Source: Chrysemys picta bellii
Lineage: Eukaryota
Assembly (NCBI RefSeq): GCF_011386835.1
Contig: NC_088791.1
Location: forward strand, 353,462,001 to 353,526,000
Direction of reading: 5' to 3'
Length of the DNA: 64,000 nt
In this document: in pieces, positions 22,339-33,931 of the stretch
Layout: each line of letters starts with the position of its first letter
Position numbering within the stretch: the first letter of the stretch is position 1
The notes under the pieces: generated by a model
Told to the model about the DNA's origin: nothing
Database searches by the model: none
Seen by the model: the letters and a program-made list of their open reading frames with translations, nothing else
Made by a program: the position numbers and the translations under genes

Positions 22339-23367
22339 TCAGGGAAGAGGGCCCAGGACCAAGTCACCACCCAGATCTGCATGGAACTTGGTCTGAGAAC
22401 CAGAGCACCAAGAGAAAAACTTAGTCCCTTTACGAGTAATGAGCCGGAGAAGCCTGTTCCGGATCTGTTTGGTCCTCACGCCATAGATGATGGGGTTCAT
22501 CATAGGGGGCACCAGGAGGTACACGTTGCCAATGATAACGTGGAAATGTAGGGGCACATTGTGGCCAAAACGGTACATGAGGAAGGAGAAGAGAGCTGGC
22601 ATGTAAAAGGCTAAGATGGCACAGAGGTGGGAGACGCAGGTCCCAAGAGTCTTGAGCCGGGCATCCTTTGTGGGGAGGCTGAAGATGGCTCTGAGGATCT
22701 GGATATAGGACACGACAATAAAAAATACATCCACACCGGTCACAAAGAATAGCACAAATAGGCCGTAGTAACTAGTGATGTGGATGTCAGCACAGACCAG
22801 CTTCATCACAGCCATGTGATCACAGTGCGTGTGGGGAATGATGTTGGTTCTGCAATATGGCCACTGAATTGCCAGGAGGAAAGAGGGCAGTATGATCATG
22901 CCACCACGCAGTACTACGGCCACACCGATGTTGGCCACCACAGGGTCTGTCAGGATGGTGGAATGTCTCAGGGGATCGCAGATGGCCACGTAGCGATCCA
23001 AAGCCATGGCCACGAAGAACCCAGACTCCATTACTAAAAAGCAGTGAAGGAAGTACATCTGGGTGAGGCAGGCACTGAATTCTATTTCCCTGGAATTGAA
23101 CCAGAAAATGCTGAGCGATTTTGGCAGAGTAGATGTAGTCAGGACCAGGTCGGTGATGGCCAGCATGCAGAGGAAATAGTACATGGGCACATGGAGGCTT
23201 GGTTCCGTCTTTACGATGGACAGGATGGTGAGGTTCCCCAAGATGGCTATGATGTACATGGTGCAGAAGGGTATGGAGATCCAGACATGGGCTGCCTCCA
23301 GCCCAGGAATGCCCAACAGGATGAAGGTGGAGGGGTTGGTGAATTCGGTTGTGTTGGAATCTGACAT
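22339..23367 (-). CDS. Class I olfactory receptor, OR52-like (gene 2), 342 aa with extended C-tail
   Basis: Intact ORF with MALDRYVAICDPLRH, KTLGTCVSHL, MYRFG and NPIIYGVRTKQIR; 27 extra C-terminal residues relative to gene 1. Confidence 0.93.
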   Translation of the reverse strand: MSDSNTTEFTNPSTFILLGIPGLEAAHVWISIPFCTMYIIAILGNLTILSIVKTEPSLHVPMYYFLCMLAITDLVLTTSTLPKSLSIFWFNSREIEFSACLTQMYFLHCFLVMESGFFVAMALDRYVAICDPLRHSTILTDPVVANIGVAVVLRGGMIILPSFLLAIQWPYCRTNIIPHTHCDHMAVMKLVCADIHITSYYGLFVLFFVTGVDVFFIVVSYIQILRAIFSLPTKDARLKTLGTCVSHLCAILAFYMPALFSFLMYRFGHNVPLHFHVIIGNVYLLVPPMMNPIIYGVRTKQIRNRLLRLITRKGTKFFSWCSGSQTKFHADLGGDLVLGPLP

Positions 23368-25336
23368 GGAGTAGGGGAGAAGGTGTCCAACTCTGAGGTA
23401 GAACGGTGTCTCCTGCACGTACCGTACATTCATCAGACTTCCTGTATGTGCCCAGGCTCTAGGGTGATGGTTGCAGTATAAATGCCTGGATGGAGAGACA
23501 ATGTTCATATGAGACACTACATGCACTACTGGAGGCTGTTCTCATGGATGAAGCAGATTGGTCGCTCTTCACACACTGAAAAATGATATTTTCATTATTG
23601 AGATAAAGGAATTATGAAACACTGACCCTACTAATTCCAATTCTATATTTTATGGTCCTCCATGTGTCAGTAATTCCTACAGATCGTGGTGTGGAAATCC
23701 TTAATAGGCACCAGCAGGAAACCGGAGTGTGGATACTGGTTATCCACCATTGTTCCTTAATGCAATGAATCCCAGGCTAGAGAGTCCATGCTGTAAGGAG
23801 TTCCCTATTTAGCCCGTTGCTCAAAATCTGAGAGTGGAAAAGACCAAAGCTTAGCCAGACATGTACAGGGGTAAACATCCCAGCTAGACCAAGCGGCAGG
23901 GAAAAGACCTGGGCCACATTGACAGAAGCTCCATGGAAACACCTGTTCATTTGCAGGACTGGCCAAAAGAAAGACAATGTTCTCATACCTAAGAAAGGGG
24001 ATAGAGGATAACCGGCTCTGGACACACACTCTGTTGTGGTCACTCAGTCTCTATAAAGGATATAGCAGATAGAAAGGGGATTTCTGAGACAGGCTATGAG
24101 AATGGGGGAGGTTCGAGATGTGGACACACTGAAAAGTCTGGGACTGTTTAGTTTAGAGAAGAGACAAATAAGGGGTATATGATAGAGGAGAGGAAAATAT
24201 ACAATGGAACTGATTACGTTCAAATGGACAAACAGAGAACAGTTCCCAACCAGTAATACCTTTAGACACTTTGTGCTTCCCCAGATATGAGGCAAATTAT
24301 CAGAAAAATGGATTGGGAGGAAAAAATTAGACAGGAAACTGGAAAGGAAAAGAGGAAATTTTATTGGAAGAGTTTATTAGATAACTAGAAAGCCACAATT
24401 CCAAAGTCAAGGAAGTGGACAACTTTGGCTAAAAACCTGGTTTAGTGACAAATGGAAGGCAGCTATTAGGGGTGGGGAAAGCAATATATAACAAATGGGA
24501 AACAGGGACATAGACAGCAAGCAATACAACTTATGAGCACTGATAAAGGAAATCCGAGAAAAGTTTTAGGCCAATTCCTAGAGAGAGAAAGGAAACTTGC
24601 TAATGTTGCAGAAAAGGTAGATGTGTTCAATACTTATTTTTTGTTCTACATTTATAAAGAAGCGGTATGATTTACTCATATCGCCTAAGATGATTTAATA
24701 CTTTCCAGTCCATTAGCGGTCTAAGAGGATGATAAACAGCATCTACAATAGAACCTTAGTGTTACAAACAACCACACATCTCATTTGGAACCAGAAGTGC
24801 GCAATCAGACAGCAGCAGAGCCAAAAAAAAAAAAAAGGAACTACAGGACAGTACTGTGTTAAATGTAATTTATTAAGACAAAAGGGAATGTTTTAAAAAA
24901 GATTTGACAAGGTTAGGAAACAATGGAAAAGCTGGTATGGGATTAGATTAAAAAAAAGTCTAGGAATATAATTAATGCCAATCAACAAGAGAGTTTATGG
25001 AAAAGAGGTCTTGTCAAAGAAACCTGATTTCATCCTTCAATGAGGGTACAAGTTTGGTTGATCAAGGAAACCCCACAGATGAAATAAAGTTTGATTATCT
25101 GAGGCACTTCATTTAGTAGGGGAAAACATTCAGAAAAAAATATGAACAGTCTACAATATCAGTAGAGCACATGTAAAATGGACTAAAATCTGGCTAACTG
25201 AAGGATCCCAGAAAGCTCTTGTCAATGGGCCACTGTCAGTGAATGCGGCTGATTCTAGTGGGGTTCTGCAGGAATCAGTTCTAGGCCAATACTCTTCAAT
25301 ATTTTCATCAATGGTTTAGAAGGGAATGGAAAATGC

Positions 25337-25523
25337 GGGGGGGGGGAGTGCTCAGTGGTTTGAGCATTGGCCTGCTTAAACCATGGTTGTGAGTTTAATC
25401 CTTGAGGGGGCCATTTAGGGATCTGGGGCAAAAATCTGTCTGGGGATTGGTTCTGCTTTGAACAGTGGGTTGGACTAGATGACCTCCTGAGGTCCCTTCC
25501 AACATTGATATTCTATGATTCTG
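25337..25523 (+). mobile_element. tRNA-derived SINE with CR1-derived 3' tail (tortoise PolIII/SINE type)
   Basis: G-rich start, A-box-like TGCTCAGTGG, B-box-like GAGTTTAATCC, and a tail matching the CR1 3' end at 39830-39914. The orthologous copy is at 55168-55357; the SINE is absent in unit 1 (~12410). Confidence 0.9.
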
Positions 25524-25610
25524 ATCACTGCAAATAAAATTTTAGGATGACCCAGAGATTGGCGGAGTGATTATTACAGTGAGGGTGCCAGGGCGGGCAC
25601 ACTGATTGAT

Positions 25611-26173
25611 TCACAGATTCATAGATTCATACATTCTAGGACTGGAAGGGACCTTGAGAGGTCATCGAGTCCAGTCCCCTGCCCGAATGGCAGGACCCAA
25701 TACTGTCGAGACCATCCCTGATAGACATTTATCTAACCTACTCATAAATATCTCCAGAGGTGGAGATTCCACAACCTCCCTAGGCAATTTATTCCAGTGT
25801 TTAACCACCCTGACAGTTAGGAACTTTTTCCTAATGTCCAACCTAGACCTCCCTTGCAGCAGTTTAAGCCCATTATTTCTTGCTCTATCCTTAGAGGCTA
25901 AGATGAACAAGTTTTCTCCCTCCTCCTTATGACACCCTTTTAGATACCTGAAAACTGCTATCATGTCCCCTCTCAGTCTTCTCTTTTCCAAACTAAACAA
26001 ACCCAATTCTTTCAGCCTTCCTTCATAGGTCATGTTCTCAAGACCTTTCAACATTCTCGTTGCTCTTCTCTGGACCCTCTCCAATTTCTCCACATCTTTC
26101 TTGAAATGCAATGCCCAGAACTGGACACAATACTCCGGTTGAGGCCTAACCAGCGCAGAGTAGAGCGGAAGAA
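25611..26173 (-). mobile_element. Young 5'-truncated CR1 LINE, no TSD, with target-site deletion
   Basis: ORF 25662-26255 contains [18 protein letters not shown]...[12 protein letters not shown]. Close to the CR1 at 2339-3020. The paralog at 55445-55956 shows ~510 bp missing here. Confidence 0.92.
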
Positions 26174-26229
26174 AGGCAGAGCCAGACCCAGTAGTTGAAA
26201 GCTGAAACCAGACAAATGTCGGGCTAGGT

Positions 26230-26810
26230 TGCATTAACACAGGCACAGCATGCAAGTCACAGGAGGTGATTATAACGCTCTACTTGGCACGGCTTAGGCT
26301 ACAGCTGGAGTGTGGTGTCCAGTCGTGGTCACCAATCCATAGGAAGGACGTAGAGAAACTAGAAAGGATCCAGAGTTGAGAGAAAAGGAGGCTCCAAGGG
26401 CTGGAATACAAACCATAGAGCAAAGGCTGAAGCAACTGGGTATGTTTCGTTTGGAAAAGAGGAGGTAAAGGGGGGACATGCCAGCAGCCTTCAGATACTT
26501 GAAAGGCCGCCACAAAAAAGTTGGAGAAAAAATGTTCTCTCTTGTCACTGAGGGCAGGACAAGAGGCAGTGGGTTCAAACTACAGCAAAGTAGATTTAGA
26601 TTAAACCTGAGGAAAAAATTGCTAACTGTAATAACAGGAGAACAAAGGAGCAGAAGCCTCGGGAGGTTGTGGAAGCTCCTTCACTGGAGGTGTTCCAAAG
26701 GGGGCTGGATAGCCATGTGTCAGAGATCGTTTAGACAGAACAAATCCTGCATCTCGGCAGGGATTAAACTAGATGACCCTTGCGGTCCCTTCTGACCCTG
26801 TGGCTCTATG
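26230..26810 (+). mobile_element. CR1 3' fragment, old
   Basis: ORF 26478-26795 MPAAFRYLKGRHKKVGEKMFSLVTEGRTRGSGFKLQQSRFRLNLRKK; paralog at 56350-56950. Confidence 0.85.
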
Positions 26811-27934
26811 ATTCCATGATGTAAAACCCCAGTGTACACCATACCTTATTCACACATTAGTTATGGAGCTCAATAAAGGGATAAATGGGTGAAACATAAT
26901 GACCTGTGTCATACAGGAGGTGAGGCTGGATGATATAAGGGTCCCCTGTATCCTGTGAATCTATCAATAAAGAAAGTAGATCAAGCATTTATATTTACTG
27001 TGTCTCACAAAACATGAACAAGGGAACATTCAACTACATTCGATTACATTGAAAATCTGAACATATAACACTGAGAAAAGAAAATTGTTTACATAATACC
27101 TATTTGACCTGTGGAACTCCTTGCCAGAGACATTATTGGAGCAAAGCATTTAGTTGAATGGAATTTAGAAATGGATTGGCCATTGTAGGTGGTGCTGGTG
27201 GCACCACCGTTAGTTAAGGCTGTCTGTCACTTTCAATTAGGGAACCTCATTTTCAGTTGCTTATAAGTTTACCAAACCTGAAGCGTTTGGACTGAAATTT
27301 CCCATGCTGGGTGTCTGCTTCCAGCTGAACTTTATTTTCAAAGTTTCAGACCTAACAGTTCAGCTGCATTCTCAAACGAAGCTAGGAGAGAAGATGTCTT
27401 GCCCATGTTGAAAAATTCTTATAATTGTTCCAGTGAGGACCATTAGAACCTCCATGCTTTCCAGCAGATAAAAGTCAGGAAATAGCCTCCCCTTGCGACC
27501 CGCCCCCACCATAAACAGCCAGAGCTCTGAGATGCAAGAGGAGGAGGTGACAGTCTCTGTGCATGAACACACAGCTGGCTACTGAGGTTTTTATTCAGTT
27601 CTTTCTCCAAGAAAAGTTTAGCCTCGGAGGGGCCTGATTAAACCATGGGCCGGGGCCCCAGAATTTGGCCTTTGTATTGTACATCTAGTAACACCTTTCA
27701 TCCTCAAGGATTCACTGTGCCATTGAAATGCAGCCGCCTTGGGGCTAGAGGCCATTAGCAGAAAGGGACATTTTGGCCCATGATACTGGCGCAAACTCAT
27801 TACCTGTGAAAAGTGCCTTGGGATGTTTGTCGGCTCTGCAGAGCAGAAAGAACCACAGACCTATTCTCTATCCCACCGTGTGCTTGTTGTTGCACTGGGT
27901 TTGTCAAGCAGGTGAGCTCTTCAGTGACAGATGG

Positions 27935-28330
27935 GTACCTGTGAAGTCTGAGACAGAAGTATCTTCCCTGGGAATCCCCCTCAGGTAGCCGTGTCCCATA
28001 CCTCTCTCACCCCAGCATCTGCAGCAACATCCGACGCCGAGAGCCAATACAGTGGTGAGCACTGTTTATAACAGAGCTCTGTGCAATCCCAGGGTAATTC
28101 GCTCAGCCTCTAGGGGCAAAGCGGCATCTGAATGTAAACAGGCTGGACACTGGAGACACTCTAGCCAATGACTCTCTTTCCATGTCTGTGCTTCTTTGTT
28201 CTTTATCCAGCTTTAGGAGTAAACAGTAATTAAGGGACCTTCCCAAAGGGAGATGAGAACTTTTGGGCTCTGTGATGAGTCACAGAGGAATTGGCTGCTC
28301 TGTGAATTTGTGTATATTTAACAATTATAG
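27935..28330 (-). promoter_or_regulatory. Candidate OR promoter and non-coding first exon (hypothesis)
   Basis: Non-TE-looking block conserved in four units (~16.45-16.85, 27.9-28.3, 40.04-40.45, 58.0-58.45 kb). On the minus strand: TTAATTAC homeodomain-like site, O/E-like ACCCTGGGAT, TTATAAA, then a conserved AG|GTACCC donor-like site. No transcript evidence. Confidence 0.3.
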
Positions 28331-28625
28331 TGTATGAGTAAGAGAATTAGGGATAATACCTAGGTCTCTTCCAACCCTAATCTCCTATGATTCTTTGGCC
28401 TTGTGGATGGTCAGCACCTGTGATAGTCAGGACGCTTTGGGTTCCTAAACATGCATGGATGTGCACCTAGCCCAGGATCCTGGCTCTGAAAGTGGCTGAA
28501 CCCAGATGCTTCAGAGTAAGATGTGAGTAACTAGGCAGATGAGGGATATTCTACTCCCCACCCCTAGTAACTGTTCTTAATCTCTAACACATATCTGGAG
28601 ATCTAGTTCCAAATAGAACTAGATA

Positions 28626-28852
28626 AGTTCATGGAGGATGGATCCATCCCTCGCTATTAGCGAAGACGGACTGGGATGGTGTTCCCACTCTCTCCTTGCT
28701 AGAACCTCGGAATGGGCATTAGGAGATGGATCACTTGGTGGTTACCTGTTCTGTTCTTTCCCTCTGGGGCACCTGGCATTAACCACTGTTGGAAGACAGG
28801 ATACTAGATGGACCTTTGATCTGACCCAGTGTGGCCGTTCTTATGTTCTTAT
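28626..28852 (+). mobile_element. CR1 3' end
   Basis: ELDKFMED...GGACCTTTGATCTGACCCAGTGTGGCCGTTCTTATGTTCTTATG tail; paralogs at ~40750-40978 and ~58730-58968. Confidence 0.75.
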
Positions 28853-29207
28853 GAGAAAGTGGCCTGAGGGGAGACATGAGCACTTTCTGCAGGCACACAG
28901 GGCTGTCGCTAAGGTCTCAGAGACCAGTAATTCTCACCAGTAACTATCATCATACCATGCAGCACGTTTCATTGAAGGATCTTCAAAATACTTAGCAAGA
29001 GGAAATTACTATGAACATAACCCCATTACACAGATAGGTAAACTGAGGCAAAGGAGATGTGACCTAGCCAAGGTCACAGAGAGAATGACAGACAGAACCC
29101 AGGAGTCCTGGCTTGCCTACTGTAGCCACCATTTCTTCGTCAGTAACTGAGCGCATGAAAAGAAGGAAATGGACTCATGCTGTAGCAGGGCCTGTTCTTT
29201 GCGTGGA

Positions 29208-31119
29208 TGTGATGGATTTCCCTGGGGTGCCACCTTGAACTGGGGTACCACTGACCACTCTGGCATACCGATCTGGGATCCATCTCATACTGTGATGCTG
29301 TGACATGCTGCAATCATCTCCAGCTCTTGCACTTACACAGCCATACATGGACAGGGACATGACTGCTTTCACGAGCCACTCATGAACCAACAAGAGAGGC
29401 TCCTGCTAATTTATCCTGGTTCTCCAGCCTAGGACCACAGAGGTGTATCATCACGCCATGGTCAGAAGCCTGACCAGTGTAAGTTTATTACCCAGTCTGC
29501 CCTTCTCTCAATATGGAGAGGATAATGCACCAGCCCCTGTTCGTGAGCGTAATTCTATTTTGCATTTCAAATATTCAGGTGTTGCACAACATTGTATTGT
29601 TACCTGCATGTGTTATTGCACAGTTCTGTGTACCTTTTAACATTTTGAACATCAGCGTAGTGATCTCAAAAGTCAGCAAGTAGTGTGCCTTCTCTGGGTC
29701 GCTAGAAAACCACACTTTGTATCTGTGCTGCATTGTTAACTATTGTGCTTTTCCCACTGGTAAGAACTCAATACAGATATTCATGAATGTCATGCGGTGG
29801 TATGCCTCAGTCTCCCTTTCCCCAAAGCAGACCAGGTTTATTATGGTTTCCCTTCTGTGACAAGCTTTGAGCCTGTTTACAGGTGTTAGCTGAGAAGCAG
29901 TATCCCCATAGGGCTTCTTGTTTACTACACCTACCATACATAAAAGAATGTCCACAGGAAAGTCCATCAGGTGGGGATAAATGTCTTCCATGGCCCATTG
30001 TGTTCATTGACGGGCCATGCTCCCTACCCTTCCCTATCACACATGACATCATCCTTGTTTTTTACCCCTTTTATCCTTACCCAGAGACTTTCAACAAGTC
30101 TGTCTCCTATTTCATTCACAACCTCAGTGCAAGTGTATATTTATGAAACTTTTGTATCACACACAGCATCTCAAAGGTAGTGAAGTATTCAGCAATATCA
30201 CCCGCCTCATTGCATGCAGGACACAGCTGTTCCCATCTGTGGATTTTTGGAGAGGTGAGAATCAGTGGAGTGGGAAGGTTCTGGTTCTACTTTCCCAGCA
30301 AGTCCAATTGGTGTTTCCAATCTCCCACTTTCTCCTCAATTTCTTGTTGTTTTAGTTCCATAGACGTCCTGTGTTCAGCCTCCTCTCTGGCAGCGTCTCT
30401 CTGCTTTAGCTCCAAAATTCTCCTATGTTCTTTTTCTACTGCCTGCAATCGGAATAGCTCCAATTTCACCGTTGTTTCTCTTTTCCCTCATCTTACTTCT
30501 TTTCTGTCCCTACATCCCATTCCCGAAATAAGAAACAGGAAGGAACAAACTGGTAACCTCTGTCACTGACTTACAGCCGTCACACTTAACGTCTCACTTA
30601 AAATCTCCACATCTGTGTATCAAGTGCAAATCTCTCGCAGAACAAGAAGTTGTGCATTTCACACTGCTCGCTGCACCACTGTGACGGACTTGCCCAGGGT
30701 GCATCCTGGAACTGGAGTACCGCTGAGCCCACTGGCATACCAGTCTGGGCCCCCTCTCACACAGTGATAATATGGAAATCTGCAAACCCCTGCAGGTCCT
30801 GCACTCACACAAACATTCTCAGGAAAGGACACACCCCGCAAAGTTACATGAATGTTTTTGCCAGTCACTCAGGAACCAACAATAAAGAGGCTCCAGCCAA
30901 TTTCCCCCATATCCCCAGCCTAGGACCTCAGAGCTGTACCATCTTGTCCTGGTCAGAAACCTGACCAGTGTAAGTTTATTACCCAGTCTTCCCCTCCCTC
31001 AATATGGAAAGGATAACGCACCAGCCCCTGTTCTTGAACAGTACAAGCTTTATTGCAATTATGTAACAGTGGTAAATTTGGGGTTGCCAGGGTGTTACTT
31101 TGGGGTACAGCATGTCAGA
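29208..31119 (-). mobile_element. Deleted Gypsy-type provirus (unit 2-3 copy)
   Basis: Both LTR ends, PBS remnant at ~30665-30679, and Gag N-terminus (KLELFRLQAVEKEHRRILELKQ, 30287-30469). Confidence 0.75.
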
Positions 31120-31149
31120 GCAATACATCTATAGAACTACAGCTCTGTG

Positions 31150-32020
31150 AGATCTAATTTTGTATTTTTAAATAAGACATACACCCATGTCCTGAAAAAG
31201 ACTGCATTCTGCTCTGTTCCACAGGAGGAAAGCAAGCCGAGGTACAGAGAAAAGGAAAAGGAAAGAGTGTTTTCCCTGCTACCCATCACACGCACAATAC
31301 CTGACCCCCTGGAAATGTCCCTCTCTCTTTCCTTGTTCAGCGAGTGTCACCTGCACTTTTTGTTTGTCAGGCCTCAGCCTCACACACGTTACTGGATCAA
31401 TAGACCTTTTGTAACAGTATTTGGGGGGCTATTCGTCCAGTCAGTCATGAACATCATCATCTTCATGGCAAATCCCAGAGGAACGTAGCCTCCTTGCAAA
31501 CCGAGCGCTGTCTGGATAGATCTTTGGAAAGCTGTTCAAGGTTGTTAAGTTGTATATTCGTGCAGTGGCAGTCATATTGTGCCAACGACGTTTGGCAGAA
31601 ACATGATCACTGGCCTTGTAGTGGCATTCCTCAGTGTGCCCACTTCAGAAATCCTGGTCTTTCACTCTAGTAATGTGTCCCCAGCCTGAAAGCTGCCCAA
31701 ACTGACACAGCTGATGAGGGCATTCGCTGGGTTCAGTATATGCTCACTCCTGAGCTTGTGCTACCCCTTGATACGGACCAGCTGCTGGAGACCACGCGCA
31801 TTGAACACGTCGGCCCAGAGTTCCTCAGCCTTCCTCAGCCCCCCCATTTCGCTTCCGTCAATGGGAGCCGGGGTCCCCCTTGTTCTGTAGATCTGCAGCT
31901 TTGTAGGAAGCCTGCTGCCAAGAAATCCCCACAATGGCTGAAGATGGGAACAGGGCAGCAGCTGCTACTCCACAAACGCCCACATCTTTTCAGCACCGTC
32001 CAGCCCTGTCTATGAAGCTG
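31150..32020 (+). pseudogene. Highly decayed class I olfactory receptor pseudogene (opposite strand)
   Basis: Colinear remnants across frameshifts: N-K-T sequon (31171), ILL (31206), GN + VPLSFLVQR (31311), IIIFMANPRG resembling LSIFWFNSRE (31453), GLVV (TM4), SLLSLCYPLIRT (TM5), RALNT resembling KALNTC (31795), HRFGKH-like DNA (31890), NPIIY-like (31975). Confidence 0.6.
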
Positions 32021-33931
32021 CCACCTGCCCAGCAATCCCTCCAGACAAGTTCATGCCGAGGCTGGTTGCAGTTTGCAACTGCAGGCTGCTTGATGGTAAT
32101 GACCAGGGTAGTTTTACCTGGATTCATAACCAGACTAATGTGCACTGCTTCTTGCCCAGCCAGATCAGCTCTCAGATGCAGCGATTCACAGCACTGCACC
32201 TGCAATTGCCACTGACACTGATGGAATAACACCCCCTTAAGTGTTTGTAACTGGCACATACGATTGTATGCACAATTGTGGCAGAGAGAGGGAGGCCATT
32301 CCTAGGAGCACTTTCCAAGGGAGAGACAATTTGTCTCCTTGATCCCAAACCAGCACTGCCTGGTTCAGGAAATATTTCCTTCAGGGATTCAGGGTGGATA
32401 AGGCCAGGAACCAGAGCACTCATGGAAACACCGAGGGCAGAGAAGAGTTGGCCACATTTGGGTGAAGATAACATCTTGTGGACACCTCCCCACCCAGTCC
32501 CACTCCCCTTCCACTCACAGTCCCCTAGCATCCTTGTAGCAGCTCCAGGTTTGGGTTGCCTCGCTTAAGCTCCTAGAGGTGGACACCCCCCACGCAGCTG
32601 TGTTTGGGTCCAACACACTGGACCCATGTGCTTTGGAATCATAGCAGCATTCAGGCCCTGTCTCTGGCTCTGGGTTTCTAGACCCACCATCGGGGTGAAG
32701 CTTCCATTCTAGCGCCTCTCTCTGGAAGTGGAGACCTGAACACGAAGGTCCTGAGACTAGGTTTTGCTCAGCTCACCCAGACTGTCCAATTGCTTCGGCA
32801 CACCCTTCCCAGAGCTCCCACATGGGCTCATTCTGTCTCCAGTTTCTCTCCTTTGCGGCCCATGATTCCTGAAGCAAACACACCCAGGTTTTACAAAAGG
32901 GGTAGCTAAAACAATTCCTCTACTTTAGACAGCACAGGAGGTACCCAGATCCAGGTAAACACAACACAACACCTGTACACCATTCCTTGCCTCTGTTCCC
33001 CCACCACCCTGGAGCAGTCTTTGAGATTTTGTCAGAGCCCTTTGGGGTTGAAACTCACAGCTTCTTCTCCAGCTGGCGTCTGTCTCTCTATTGCAGCCAT
33101 AGCCCTGCAACCAAAAAGTCCCCTCTCCCACCCTTGTGCCTCTCTGCTGCCCCAGCTTCTTCTGTCTCATCCAGTCTCTGTGTTTTTATGGGGCTGGACC
33201 AACACCTTCTCTTTGTGTTCCCTCTTCTGAGGAGGTTCCATTCCTTCCAAGCCCACCTGTCTCCACAGAAGTTGAGGAAAATTGGCTTTATCTAGAATGC
33301 AGTTACTCCTTTCTTATGTCCAGGTGAGATCTTGTTCGGTGCTGTAACGAAGCGGCCTCTGGAGGGACACAACTGAGAGTATCAATCCAGGAAAAATGGC
33401 TTAGAGCAGGGCAGTTACAGCCCAAATCTGGAGTTCCTTTACTATTAAGGCACCAAACCAGCCAAACAGAGAGGACTTTGGTTTTACCTCACTGTCTAAC
33501 CAGAAGTCATACAATCAATTCCCTTAGGCACTCCAGTTTCCCAGTATCACCACCAGGGCCACTCGTTATGGGGATGAATGATTATGAAAACCAATATCCC
33601 AGTAAAAAAAAAGGTACTCCTGATCCCACGGGATCAAGTCCCAGACCCAGGTCAATATACATGTCAGATCTTACCCACAAATCACGCTGTTGCCAATCCT
33701 TTAGAATCCAAAAATCTAAGGTTTATTCATAAAAAGAAAGAAATATAGATGAGAGCTAGAATTGTTTAAATGGAATCAATTCCATACAGTAATGGCAAAG
33801 TTATTGAGTCAGGCTTGTAGCAGGGATAGAATAAACTGCAGGTTCAAATCAAGTCTCTGGAACATCCATAGCTGGGATGGGTCATCAGTCCTTTGTTCAG
33901 AGCTTCAGTTTGTAACAAGGTTTCTCCAAAG

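Noticed and set aside
31540-31710. Serine-protease-like SGWG and nuclease-like SDH words on the minus strand
   Set aside because: Isolated short motifs with no catalytic triad context. The plus-strand OR remnant explains the region better.
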